36,388 nt of DNA from Candidatus Marinamargulisbacteria bacterium (GTDB lineage: Bacteria; Margulisbacteria; Marinamargulisbacteria; SXXA01; JAHFDB01): the NCBI GenBank assembly GCA_964202165.1, contig CAXNHA010000002.1:1-36388 (forward strand), written 5' to 3'. Positions 17,101 to 23,939 of the stretch are shown piece by piece (the first letter of the stretch is position 1; every line of letters begins with the position of its first letter). Below the pieces are notes generated by a model that saw nothing but the letters and a program-made list of their open reading frames with translations, was not told the DNA's origin and made no database searches. The position numbers and the translations under genes are program-made.

Positions 17101-18730
17101 GGATGCCTTGTCCTGTACCAATACAATTGCCAGGAACGTAGACGCCTGGCATATCTGGAATAATCACCTGCTCAAAGATATTGTTCCCTGTGGTGGTGGT
17201 TGGCATAAAACGCCCATTTTTTTTGGTAAATGCACCCTCCATGTTGACACGAAGCTGGCCATTAAAAAGAACATGCTTATCTGAATTTTTTCGATCCAAG
17301 TCAATTTGCTTATGAATAGGCTCAAGCTCGTACAATGTGCCCCCATTGGCAACATGGCATAGAATAGCTGTAATAGAACACCCGGATGCGTCTTCGGAAA
17401 CAGGATGTTCTACTTGAACACGCGTGTTGACCTCTAATGCAATAAATTTTTGTTGATCACGGTCATACAAAAACTCAATGGTAGCAGCTCCTGCGTAGCC
17501 AATACTGTGCAACATGTTTTGCAATTTTGGTTGATAGCTGTCTAATATCTTTTGTCCTTCAACATCATCAAATAGCGTCTCCAGGTATTTTTTGCTGTCT
17601 CCTGCCTGAAAACTACAATTGCGAGGGGGTAAAAATATTGCTTGCCCATCTTTGTCCATAACAACCTGCATTTCAACGTGTTCAAAATTGCCAGATAAAT
17701 TGGCTTCTACAATCAAATCAGAATTGCCAAATTGGGTTTTTCCTTCTGACTTTGCAGCACTTATGAGGCTTTCAACGGAAGCCATTGCGTTCTTCTGAGT
17801 CTCTCCAGAACCATACAAGGCATCATGAATTATTTCTTTTGGGATGACCCGTTGTCCACCACCTCCGCCACCATCGATGGCTTTTACCCGCAGGTCTTGG
17901 TTGTTTAAATCAGATTGATTCTTTGCAACCCATAAAAATCCAAAGATATCCGAATCAAACCCCTCCTGCGTGTTTAACAAAGGGCTAGACTCTTTCATCC
18001 CAATTTCTCGCAAGGTCTTTTGGGTGCCTGGAATAACAGGTAGGTCAAATGTTGCAAATAATTTTTTGGAGGCATCTTTTGGGCCTACTTGTGCCATTGC
18101 ATTGGAATTTGGCCCAAGAAAAATTAATCGGTTTGCGTATTCTTTAGATAAGTCCTCGAGTTTTTGGACAAAATCAGATTTTTCAGACAAAAACCCATAC
18201 CCAGGATAAACAGAAATCGCTTTGCCGGGGTTCTCTTTTAAAAGCTGTTCTATGTTGGCCAAAATAGAGTCTTGATCGGTATAGCTTTTGATTGGCATGG
18301 TGGTATGTGCATAGTCTCCATGACCCGTTTTTGCTTGCTCATCGCTTGGATCTTGCATGGCTACCAAGCGGGCGCTTCCTCCCGTTAGGGCAGACATTTT
18401 TTGAAAAAAATCTGTGGCACATCCTCCTCGGTGCAGACAAACAATAATGTCTGTATGCTCGATTTTATTGATATAAGGATCCACGTGTTGAGGTGAAAAT
18501 TCTATGCGATTGATGCCTGTTTTATTATTATTATTTGGGATAGAAAGTTCTTGATTTCGAGTAAGTTGTCGTTGTAGAGAGCTAAAATTTTGAGAAGATA
18601 GCCCCATCGGAAAGAGATTAATTTTATTTGACGTCTGTTGCTTTAATTGTTTGGAAAGATATTTCCAAAACATTCCTTTAAGAAGTGGGCGTCTGGTAAC
18701 TTGAGACAATAATCCACTGAATTGCTGCAT
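14186..18730 (-). CDS. giant divergent biotin-dependent carboxylase with pyruvate-carboxylase architecture (biotin carboxylase + carboxyltransferase TIM barrel + BCCP-like domain), ~1514 aa
   Basis: - **BC:** KAIDGGGGGGQRV and EVNTRVQVEHPVSE.
- **CT:** NQRDHFQS, MEGGGGARAAADLLF, IKDMVG, HTHMHN, IPGGQ and VTPTSQ.
- **BCCP-like:** VVTIGNMVLTREVSKKES.
- **Start:** the ORF extends to 18784, but ATG at 18730 is preceded by AAGGGAGG with a 9-nt spacer, so it is preferred. Confidence 0.8.
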   Translation of the reverse strand: MQQFSGLLSQVTRRPLLKGMFWKYLSKQLKQQTSNKINLFPMGLSSQNFSSLQRQLTRNQELSIPNNNNKTGINRIEFSPQHVDPYINKIEHTDIIVCLHRGGCATDFFQKMSALTGGSARLVAMQDPSDEQAKTGHGDYAHTTMPIKSYTDQDSILANIEQLLKENPGKAISVYPGYGFLSEKSDFVQKLEDLSKEYANRLIFLGPNSNAMAQVGPKDASKKLFATFDLPVIPGTQKTLREIGMKESSPLLNTQEGFDSDIFGFLWVAKNQSDLNNQDLRVKAIDGGGGGGQRVIPKEIIHDALYGSGETQKNAMASVESLISAAKSEGKTQFGNSDLIVEANLSGNFEHVEMQVVMDKDGQAIFLPPRNCSFQAGDSKKYLETLFDDVEGQKILDSYQPKLQNMLHSIGYAGAATIEFLYDRDQQKFIALEVNTRVQVEHPVSEDASGCSITAILCHVANGGTLYELEPIHKQIDLDRKNSDKHVLFNGQLRVNMEGAFTKKNGRFMPTTTTGNNIFEQVIIPDMPGVYVPGNCIGTGQGIPVSGDSNIMRVEISITKQEVLDRYSSDEIGEKGYLKLAKTLWAEKTKRFLINVQISGPSLNLTPLWNAAEQIGQDKVVPTDQAQRDPYLYETAPAKIQKKQEAIQQQNGALQAVSDLAGGVKASQQKINPNAENSPYPIEELRGLLSMIKKGIEKQSGIKDKLQELGPKGFTKWIQENNLVIPVYTNQRDHFQSDLANRDRSVDTRDVLDPIRKLFPFFMMEGGGGARAAADLLFKQEDHGRVMKDLHTLSDTISSWLFRSTGISYYAQPMESLVLLFKESIKSGCTMPRIFDACNSVDKDAQVGLSKSIKAYCQAIKELKNEGFQGVVMPMFSVVYTGALTGGDTVYNAAYYRKLVHNIIALAKEQGLDQDEFIIDIKDMVGQANVSDMKELVRIIKEDCGFKGLVHTHMHNPKGDAARVQANSGADLMDAAFTNMGKSFGQVSIQDLIKEIKASGKHLPQEVVDEHIQTVTKFYDNLHSYYNDMKVSPSQCEAFLGPLGARFFRIPGGQAPSFASQIVNNGLPLTSISDGRVAGWAYAFADKILADTPDFKNPYHRLTLVTPTSQATANLGLDLLRRLDVSLKDETFLKSDTYLNIQKEADRLVFETKSVSTIDPSAQENGYKAILWAPDRDTNALKKELTRVLLLDQIAKEYLDTLNSGNQKAIRDLNLDKTVRDFIAGEMGEPNPLGFPSYRKDVMEAYGLTAPHERPFNLEAFKQRLHNEKGISWGVINSLDSLTLIAGAMLPDDNLAALLEHMQKYGETLLTHELAMGNMVPGKKYRIQLPNGKSMEVELQHIEPKINKMTNQKLAHFLVDGEPYVIPITFAKRIPEIRNTLFATSGVGGAGYIKRLLGGVEFGQVVTIGNMVLTREVSKKESTDALFQSQFPTGHTQGVLIPLRKGLSKVMELIKQGKATELTMEQCNVARFLDGESAFAIVTEEEFKKLFPNGYSHDESDRVAEMLIEKHGKY

Positions 18731-18860
18731 AGCAATTGACCTCCCTTTTTTGAATGTTGAGTAGCTTGCTATAGTTCTGTACAAGATAAACGAACATTGC
18801 GTATAGTGTTTTTTTTGAGAAGCTGGAAAATATATAGGCTGAAAGGGGGATGGTCAACCA

Positions 18861-19427
18861 ATGATATCCAAAACACAGGTGTCACTAGCAGGGAGTGTTC
18901 TGTTCTTGCATCCTAAGATCGACTCTACCAATCTTGAGGCTGAACGTTTTTTGCATACAGCGGATGAAGGAGCTTTGCATGAGGGGGCTGTGTTTATTGC
19001 CAAAATCCAAACCAATGGACAGGGTAGTTTTTATCGAAAATGGGTCTCTGATCTGGGAGGCTTGTATTACAGCTTGTTGATGCCCTGTTCGGAAGCAGTG
19101 GCCCAAACCAATGCGCTTCCCCAGATTGCAACCTGTGTTAGAGATGTGCTTTTTGAATTCACACACCTACCTGTCGAAGTAGATCATCCCAATGACCTTG
19201 TTGTGGGGGACAAAAAAATAGGCGGTATTTTATTAAAAACGCTACCAAAACAAATGCAACACTTTATCATTATCGGCATCGGTATTAATCTAAACCAGAG
19301 CTCTTTTTCTGATGAGATTCACATGCGAGCAACCTCTGTCTTTCAGCTTACAAAAAAACGCATCAGCCAAAAAGCTATTGCCACCCCTCTCACGCTAGCC
19401 CTAAAAAAATGCTTGGTATCGCTTTAA
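18861..19427 (+). CDS. biotin-protein-ligase-like paralog with degenerate catalytic motifs (188 aa)
   Basis: Has the same fold pattern as the 13624-14199 product (LGGLYYSLL, DKKIGGILLK, IGIGINLN). However, the biotin loop reads TNGQGSFYRKW and the KWPND position reads DHPND. It is divergent from the carboxylase gene. Confidence 0.65.
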   Translation: MISKTQVSLAGSVLFLHPKIDSTNLEAERFLHTADEGALHEGAVFIAKIQTNGQGSFYRKWVSDLGGLYYSLLMPCSEAVAQTNALPQIATCVRDVLFEFTHLPVEVDHPNDLVVGDKKIGGILLKTLPKQMQHFIIIGIGINLNQSSFSDEIHMRATSVFQLTKKRISQKAIATPLTLALKKCLVSL

Positions 19428-19441
19428 AAGTGCCCCCAACA
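19404..19441 (+). repeat. direct repeat copy 1 (38 bp), covering the 3' end of birA-2
   Basis: AAAAAATGCTTGGTATCGCTTTAAAAGTGCCCCCAACA recurs at 20723-20760 with a single mismatch. Confidence 0.9.
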
Positions 19442-19448
19442 TTATTGG

Positions 19449-20615
19449 CTAAATGCCTCTAAAAAGAGCAGCGATCGGGATGAGATGAACCGTGTCTATG
19501 ATGTCGTAGGTTTCACCAGTATAAAATAGAATTAAACGGATTGCTCGGTCCGAATGCACCTGAGAAAATGCCACTAGAGATCGAATGTCTTTGCGGCTTG
19601 GTTTCTTCGTGCTTTTTATTTCAATGGCATACAGGACATAGTCATCTGTTTCAAAAATCAGGTCAATTTCTCTACCTGAAACGCTTTTGTAATAATAGAA
19701 TTGCGCACTTTTTATCAATCCTAATTTTCTTCTTTTTTCCAATTCAGCAATCACAAAATTTTCTAATAGCTGGCCTTCTTGTAAGGGAATGTTCAGGCTA
19801 TGGATGATGCCATTGTCTGCAAAGTATGTTTTTGCCGCTTTAATGTATCGTTTTGCAGGACCGTATTGGTAGCCGTAAAGTTTAAAAACAAGCTGGGATT
19901 GAGTTAAAATAGCGAGATACTTCTGAGCAGTCGGGTAACTTAATCCTGATTCTCTGGCAAAATTGGATGTTTCCAGAGGAGAGCCTATGGATCGAGCGAT
20001 ATGGTGAAAAATACCAAGCAATCCCTGCTGGTGCTCGATGTGGGCCAACTGCATAATATCTCGGATAAAATAGGTGTTCTTATAATTGGCCAAAAGGGTT
20101 TGTTTAAGCGGTGGGGTTGGTTGCAAAATAACTTCAGGAAATTGTCCATAGGTGATAGCTGTCTGCAACTGCCGTTGCGCTTCTTTAATGATCGGGGGCG
20201 TTTGTTTGTCGGTGAAAATAGTGTGAGTGGGTTTGCCTAGTTCTTCTCCCCAGCATACTGTTGGAAATTGATAGAGGGATATTCGCCCTGCCAATGTATC
20301 AGCCGCACTGTCTAATAGCCCAATTGAGCTTGACCCTGTCATAAAAAAGAGGGCATCACTGCTATCGATGGCATACTTAACGGCTATCGTTAGACGGGGT
20401 TCTCTTTGGATTTCATCAATGATGACCTGTTTTCCTAGGCTGTTAATAAATCCTTTTGGATCGTTTTTTGCCCATTCCAGGTAATCCAAGTCATCTAGCG
20501 TGACGTAATTAAAACTGGGAAAAGCTGTTTTTAAGTACGTGGTTTTTCCAGATCGCCTGGGGCCTATTATGAGGCAACTTTTAGCGGGATCTATGGTGAG
20601 CCATCTTGAGAACAT
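19449..20615 (-). CDS. AAA-family ATPase with winged-helix and C-terminal PD-(D/E)xK nuclease-like domain (AAA_14 + DUF4143 architecture)
   Basis: Walker A GPRRSGKTT, Walker B VIIDEIQ, a putative wHTH LSYPTAQKYLAILTQSQLV, and the C-terminal REIDLIF...YAIEIKSTKK (D...ExK). Confidence 0.8.
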   Translation of the reverse strand: MFSRWLTIDPAKSCLIIGPRRSGKTTYLKTAFPSFNYVTLDDLDYLEWAKNDPKGFINSLGKQVIIDEIQREPRLTIAVKYAIDSSDALFFMTGSSSIGLLDSAADTLAGRISLYQFPTVCWGEELGKPTHTIFTDKQTPPIIKEAQRQLQTAITYGQFPEVILQPTPPLKQTLLANYKNTYFIRDIMQLAHIEHQQGLLGIFHHIARSIGSPLETSNFARESGLSYPTAQKYLAILTQSQLVFKLYGYQYGPAKRYIKAAKTYFADNGIIHSLNIPLQEGQLLENFVIAELEKRRKLGLIKSAQFYYYKSVSGREIDLIFETDDYVLYAIEIKSTKKPSRKDIRSLVAFSQVHSDRAIRLILFYTGETYDIIDTVHLIPIAALFRGI

Positions 20616-20621
20616 TATCGT

Positions 20622-20664
20622 ACTCTAACATGGATATTTATAAAGTCAATTTTATAAATATCCA
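20622..20664 (-). promoter_or_regulatory. putative promoter/operator of the ATPase gene: 14-bp perfect inverted repeat centred on a TTGACT -35 element, with a TAGAGT -10 element
   Basis: Arms at 20631-20644 (TGGATATTTATAAA) and 20651-20664 (TTTATAAATATCCA) with a 6-nt spacer GTCAAT. On the minus strand it reads TTGACT, 16 nt, TAGAGT, 6 nt, ATG. This implies a leaderless or nearly leaderless mRNA. Confidence 0.3.
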
Positions 20665-20674
20665 GCACATTTAT

Positions 20675-20746
20675 AAAACCAATACGCTTCCTCAGATTGC
20701 GACTCCCCTAACAATCGCCTTGAAAAAATGCTTGGTATCGCTTTAA
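20675..20746 (+). pseudogene. collapsed remnant of a birA-2 copy
   Basis: Translates as KTNTLPQIATPLTIALKKCLVSL*. This is birA-2 ...QTNALPQIAT fused to IATPLTLALKKCLVSL*. At the DNA level, 20676-20703 matches 19105-19132 (3 mismatches), and 20695-20760 matches 19376-19441. Confidence 0.8.
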
Positions 20747-22090
20747 AAGTGCCCCTAACAACTCTTGATGCTGGGGCTCTTTGTGGATAGACAGAAGCTC
20801 TTGGATACGGGTGATACGCTCGTCAATAGATACAAAGTCGCCGGCGTTTTTTAAGAGTGTGCCGGTCTCATATCGAGGAATCATATAGCGGCTCAGATGC
20901 TCTTGTGTGGGATGGGGGTGCCAGTTGAGATAGGCGCGGTTGAATAATTGCATCAGATAAAAATCTTTTTTGTGTCGACCATTCTGCTTGTATTGGTCCA
21001 ACAACGTCCGAATCGTGCGTGCGTAACTATCGGGCTGCTGGATCAATGTCTGAACACAATGCCCTAAAATCGGAATACGCTCAAATCCCAGTTCATACAA
21101 TTGATAGTCAATGTCCCAGTCTTTTTTAATTTTTTCATAATACAGTTCAGGGGTTAGCGTTGCGATAAACCCATGCCCAGAGGCTTTTTCGTACACAGGT
21201 GTCCAATAGGATGTTTCTTCAGCAGAAAGGGCTTCAGAGATAAAAAAATGCTTGTTTGGGTTGATACGATGCAAGCAAGAAAGGCAATCGATTTCTGTAG
21301 CTTCCTCTGGTAGGTGTTGCCATTTATCCAAATCCAGCAGCAACAAGGCCTGTTTATCTTCCCATAGTTTTGCCCAATAGCGAGGTGTTTTGTGATCAGG
21401 AACCGCCTCACTTTGCGAATATCCAATCTCCCATTGTTTGAGCATAAAAAATGGTTTTTTAGGATACTGAATGGGTATAAATTTGGAAAAAGATACCCCA
21501 AATTTTTGTTCAAATGCCCGTATCAAATCCACCATGAGATGGACATCTTCTTCCGCCGAGTGGGTCTGAGGTGCCGTCAATACACCCATCGATTTGGCCA
21601 AGGTTTCGAGCTTGAAAACGTAATACGGATTGCCCAATGCATTAACTCCCAACTCCCATGGGAATGACTCAGAGTGGATGAGGGCCAGCCATTTTGCAAC
21701 ATGTAAGACGTCTCGATTTTGCAATTTGCCCATAAAATAGGGGTTGTACCCATATCGAATCAGCAAGCTTCTTAAAAATTCCAAATCAAATCGATTGCTA
21801 TTAAATCCCACCAACGTGCATGTCCCGTATTGTTGGATGCACCGATTCAAAAAATCAAAAATAGTCTTGGCAGCCTCATATTCAGGGATCCCTTTGTGCG
21901 CAAGCTCCTCTATATGGATTTGATTGACCCAAATGGCATCTGGATCGGGGAGTTGTATGCGGTTGAGCTGAATGTAGCCTGTGCAGGTATCCAGACAGGT
22001 GTAGGAAGTGTCTAGACAGAAAAACGCATAGGAGAGTATCTGCCCTAACAGATCCCTCGAAGAGGTTTCAAAATCATAAAACAGGTACAT
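20708..22090 (-). CDS. sbcB: exodeoxyribonuclease I-like DEDDh 3'-5' exonuclease
   Basis: LFYDFETS (ExoI motif), GFNSNRFDLEFLR (ExoII), and HSAEEDVHLMVDL (ExoIII H-x4-D). The length of 460 aa is similar to E. coli ExoI. Confidence 0.78.
   Translation of the reverse strand: MYLFYDFETSSRDLLGQILSYAFFCLDTSYTCLDTCTGYIQLNRIQLPDPDAIWVNQIHIEELAHKGIPEYEAAKTIFDFLNRCIQQYGTCTLVGFNSNRFDLEFLRSLLIRYGYNPYFMGKLQNRDVLHVAKWLALIHSESFPWELGVNALGNPYYVFKLETLAKSMGVLTAPQTHSAEEDVHLMVDLIRAFEQKFGVSFSKFIPIQYPKKPFFMLKQWEIGYSQSEAVPDHKTPRYWAKLWEDKQALLLLDLDKWQHLPEEATEIDCLSCLHRINPNKHFFISEALSAEETSYWTPVYEKASGHGFIATLTPELYYEKIKKDWDIDYQLYELGFERIPILGHCVQTLIQQPDSYARTIRTLLDQYKQNGRHKKDFYLMQLFNRAYLNWHPHPTQEHLSRYMIPRYETGTLLKNAGDFVSIDERITRIQELLSIHKEPQHQELLGALLKRYQAFFQGDC
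20723..20760 (+). repeat. direct repeat copy 2 (38 bp), covering the 3' end of the exonuclease gene
   Basis: 37/38 identical to 19404-19441. Confidence 0.9.
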
Positions 22091-22595
22091 CTTGTTTGCT
22101 AAAAGAAGGCCAATACCGACAGACCATCAGTAGCACAGGTACGTATAGAATATCCCCTAAAACAGCGTTTCTAAAAAATGGCAAGGCCAGAACGTACGCC
22201 TCTAAAAGCCCTCCAAACGTATGCGGATACAGTCCGCTTGATACCCAAACCCCAAAATTACTGACCACAAAAAAACAACTGGAGCCTGCCAGCGTCACAA
22301 AAACCCATTTTCCAGACAGCATAGATTGTTTTGCCATCCGCCCTATCACCATAATCCCGATAAAACCAAGATAGACCCAAACAATACCGGGATACATCAC
22401 ACCAAATATCCAATCACTGGCCACCAGTGTGAGAAGGGGAATCCCAAATGCCAACGATGGGCGCGACATATAAACACCTGCCACAAGACAGATAGCTGTG
22501 ATAGGGGTCATGTTGGGTAAGTGGGGAATGAACCTACCAAACAACCCTAAACAGACCAAAAAAAACGGCATATAAGTACGAAAATCAAGACGCAT
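22074..22595 (-). CDS. polytopic membrane protein, possibly DUF6580-type (ECF-S-like) transporter component
   Basis: 5-6 hydrophobic segments. The N-terminal RFIPHLPNMTPITAICLVAG resembles the family motif as I recall it. It overlaps sbcB by 17 nt. Confidence 0.55.
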   Translation of the reverse strand: MRLDFRTYMPFFLVCLGLFGRFIPHLPNMTPITAICLVAGVYMSRPSLAFGIPLLTLVASDWIFGVMYPGIVWVYLGFIGIMVIGRMAKQSMLSGKWVFVTLAGSSCFFVVSNFGVWVSSGLYPHTFGGLLEAYVLALPFFRNAVLGDILYVPVLLMVCRYWPSFSKQDVPVL

Positions 22596-22637
22596 GGCTT
22601 GGATTTTGTCATACTATTCAAATGTTTGACAATGGCT

Positions 22638-23939
22638 TTAGGTAAAAATCGGGGAATTGAGAAAGGCGTCGTTGTCTTTGTATTGGCAGAGCAACTTGAT
22701 CAATTCTTCAGTTGCACTTTCAGAATCAATATTTTTTCGCAACAAGTATGTCTTTTTTAAGATAGCTTCTGGAATCAAAAGTTCTTCTTTCCTTGTGCCA
22801 GAATTGACAATGTCGATGGCAGGAAAAATACGTCGATTGGCCAATTTTCGATCCAGATGGAGTTCAAGATTTCCTGTGCCTTTAAATTCTTCATATATAA
22901 TGTCATCCATTCGAGATCCGGTGTCCACCAAAGCCGTAGCAATGATGGTAAGGCTGCCACCGTTTTCGATTTTTCGAGCCCCTCCAAAAAATCGTTTTGG
23001 TTTGTGAAGAGAGCTCGGGTCAAGCCCCCCAGACAAGGTTCGTCCAGATGGTGGCACCACCAAATTATACGCCCGTGCAAGACGGGTGATGCTGTCTAGC
23101 AAAACGACCACGTCATGACCACATTCAACCAGTCGTTTTGCACTGTCCAACACCAATTCAGAAATACGCACATGCTGTTCGGGAGGCTCATCAAATGTTG
23201 AGTAAATCACTTCTCCATTCACAGATCGTTCCATGTCTGTCACTTCTTCTGGACGTTCATCAATTAAAAGTACTTTAATCAACATCTCCGGATGATTGAT
23301 CGAAATGCTATTGGCGATTTCTTTTAGGATGCTTGTTTTACCTGCTTTTGGGGGAGACACAATGAGGGCTCGTTGACCTTTTCCCACCGGAACCAACATA
23401 TCCATGATCCGGCCTGACACAGGTCTTGTCCCGATTTCGAGTTTGATTTTTTCTTCTGGATAAATGGGGACTAAATTAGAAAAAATAGTCCTTTCTTTGA
23501 TACGATCGGGACTTTCATTGTTGATGGCTTCTACCCGTAACAAAGAAAAATAGCGCTCGCCTTCTTTTGGGGGTCGCACTTGCCCAGAAATCGCATCTCC
23601 AGATGCCAGTCCAAACCGACGAATTTGTGTTTGAGAAATATAAATATCTTCAGAACTAGGCAAATAATTGCTGGTTCGTAAGAATCCATATCCATCTGGC
23701 AAAATTTCCAAAACCCCTTTTGCAAAAATAAAGCCATTTTGCTCTGTTTTTGCCTGAAGAATTTTAAAAATAAGATCTGCTTTTTTGAGGAGTTTAAAGT
23801 CAACAATCCCAAGAGAGCTGGCCAGCTCGTGCAATTCTTTGAGATTGCTTTTTTGCAATTGAACAATATCGAGCCGATTGTCATTTTCCATAATGGCTTT
23901 TTGCTCTTCGAGGGTTTTAGTCTTTAATTTTTCAGTCAT
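22638..23939 (-). CDS. rho: transcription termination factor Rho
   Basis: N-terminal LKELHELASSLGI, RNA-binding GVLEILPDGYGFLR, Walker A PPKAGKTSILKEIA, and LLIDERPEEVTDM. Confidence 0.96.
   Translation of the reverse strand: MTEKLKTKTLEEQKAIMENDNRLDIVQLQKSNLKELHELASSLGIVDFKLLKKADLIFKILQAKTEQNGFIFAKGVLEILPDGYGFLRTSNYLPSSEDIYISQTQIRRFGLASGDAISGQVRPPKEGERYFSLLRVEAINNESPDRIKERTIFSNLVPIYPEEKIKLEIGTRPVSGRIMDMLVPVGKGQRALIVSPPKAGKTSILKEIANSISINHPEMLIKVLLIDERPEEVTDMERSVNGEVIYSTFDEPPEQHVRISELVLDSAKRLVECGHDVVVLLDSITRLARAYNLVVPPSGRTLSGGLDPSSLHKPKRFFGGARKIENGGSLTIIATALVDTGSRMDDIIYEEFKGTGNLELHLDRKLANRRIFPAIDIVNSGTRKEELLIPEAILKKTYLLRKNIDSESATEELIKLLCQYKDNDAFLNSPIFT

Larger units (their letters stand above)
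19442..20675 (-). mobile_element. inserted single-gene cassette (ATPase-nuclease gene plus 60-bp upstream region), bounded by duplicated target sequence; no recombinase gene
   Basis: This is the segment between the two repeat copies and the birA-2 remnant. The flanking repeats carry the 3' ends of both neighbouring convergent genes. I found no terminal inverted repeats. Confidence 0.45.

Noticed and set aside
18731-18784. An 18-codon N-terminal extension of the carboxylase ORF.
   Set aside because: The internal ATG at 18730 has a strong AAGGGAGG SD. The ORF's upstream start at 18784, which I did not check base by base, shows no evident SD. The extension is kept only as an alternative.
19442-20675. 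Classification of the inserted cassette as an IS element or integron cassette.
   Set aside because: There is no transposase or integrase, no terminal inverted repeats, and no attC-like imperfect palindrome at the 3' end of the gene. Only the target duplication supports mobility, so it is reported as an insertion of unknown mechanism.
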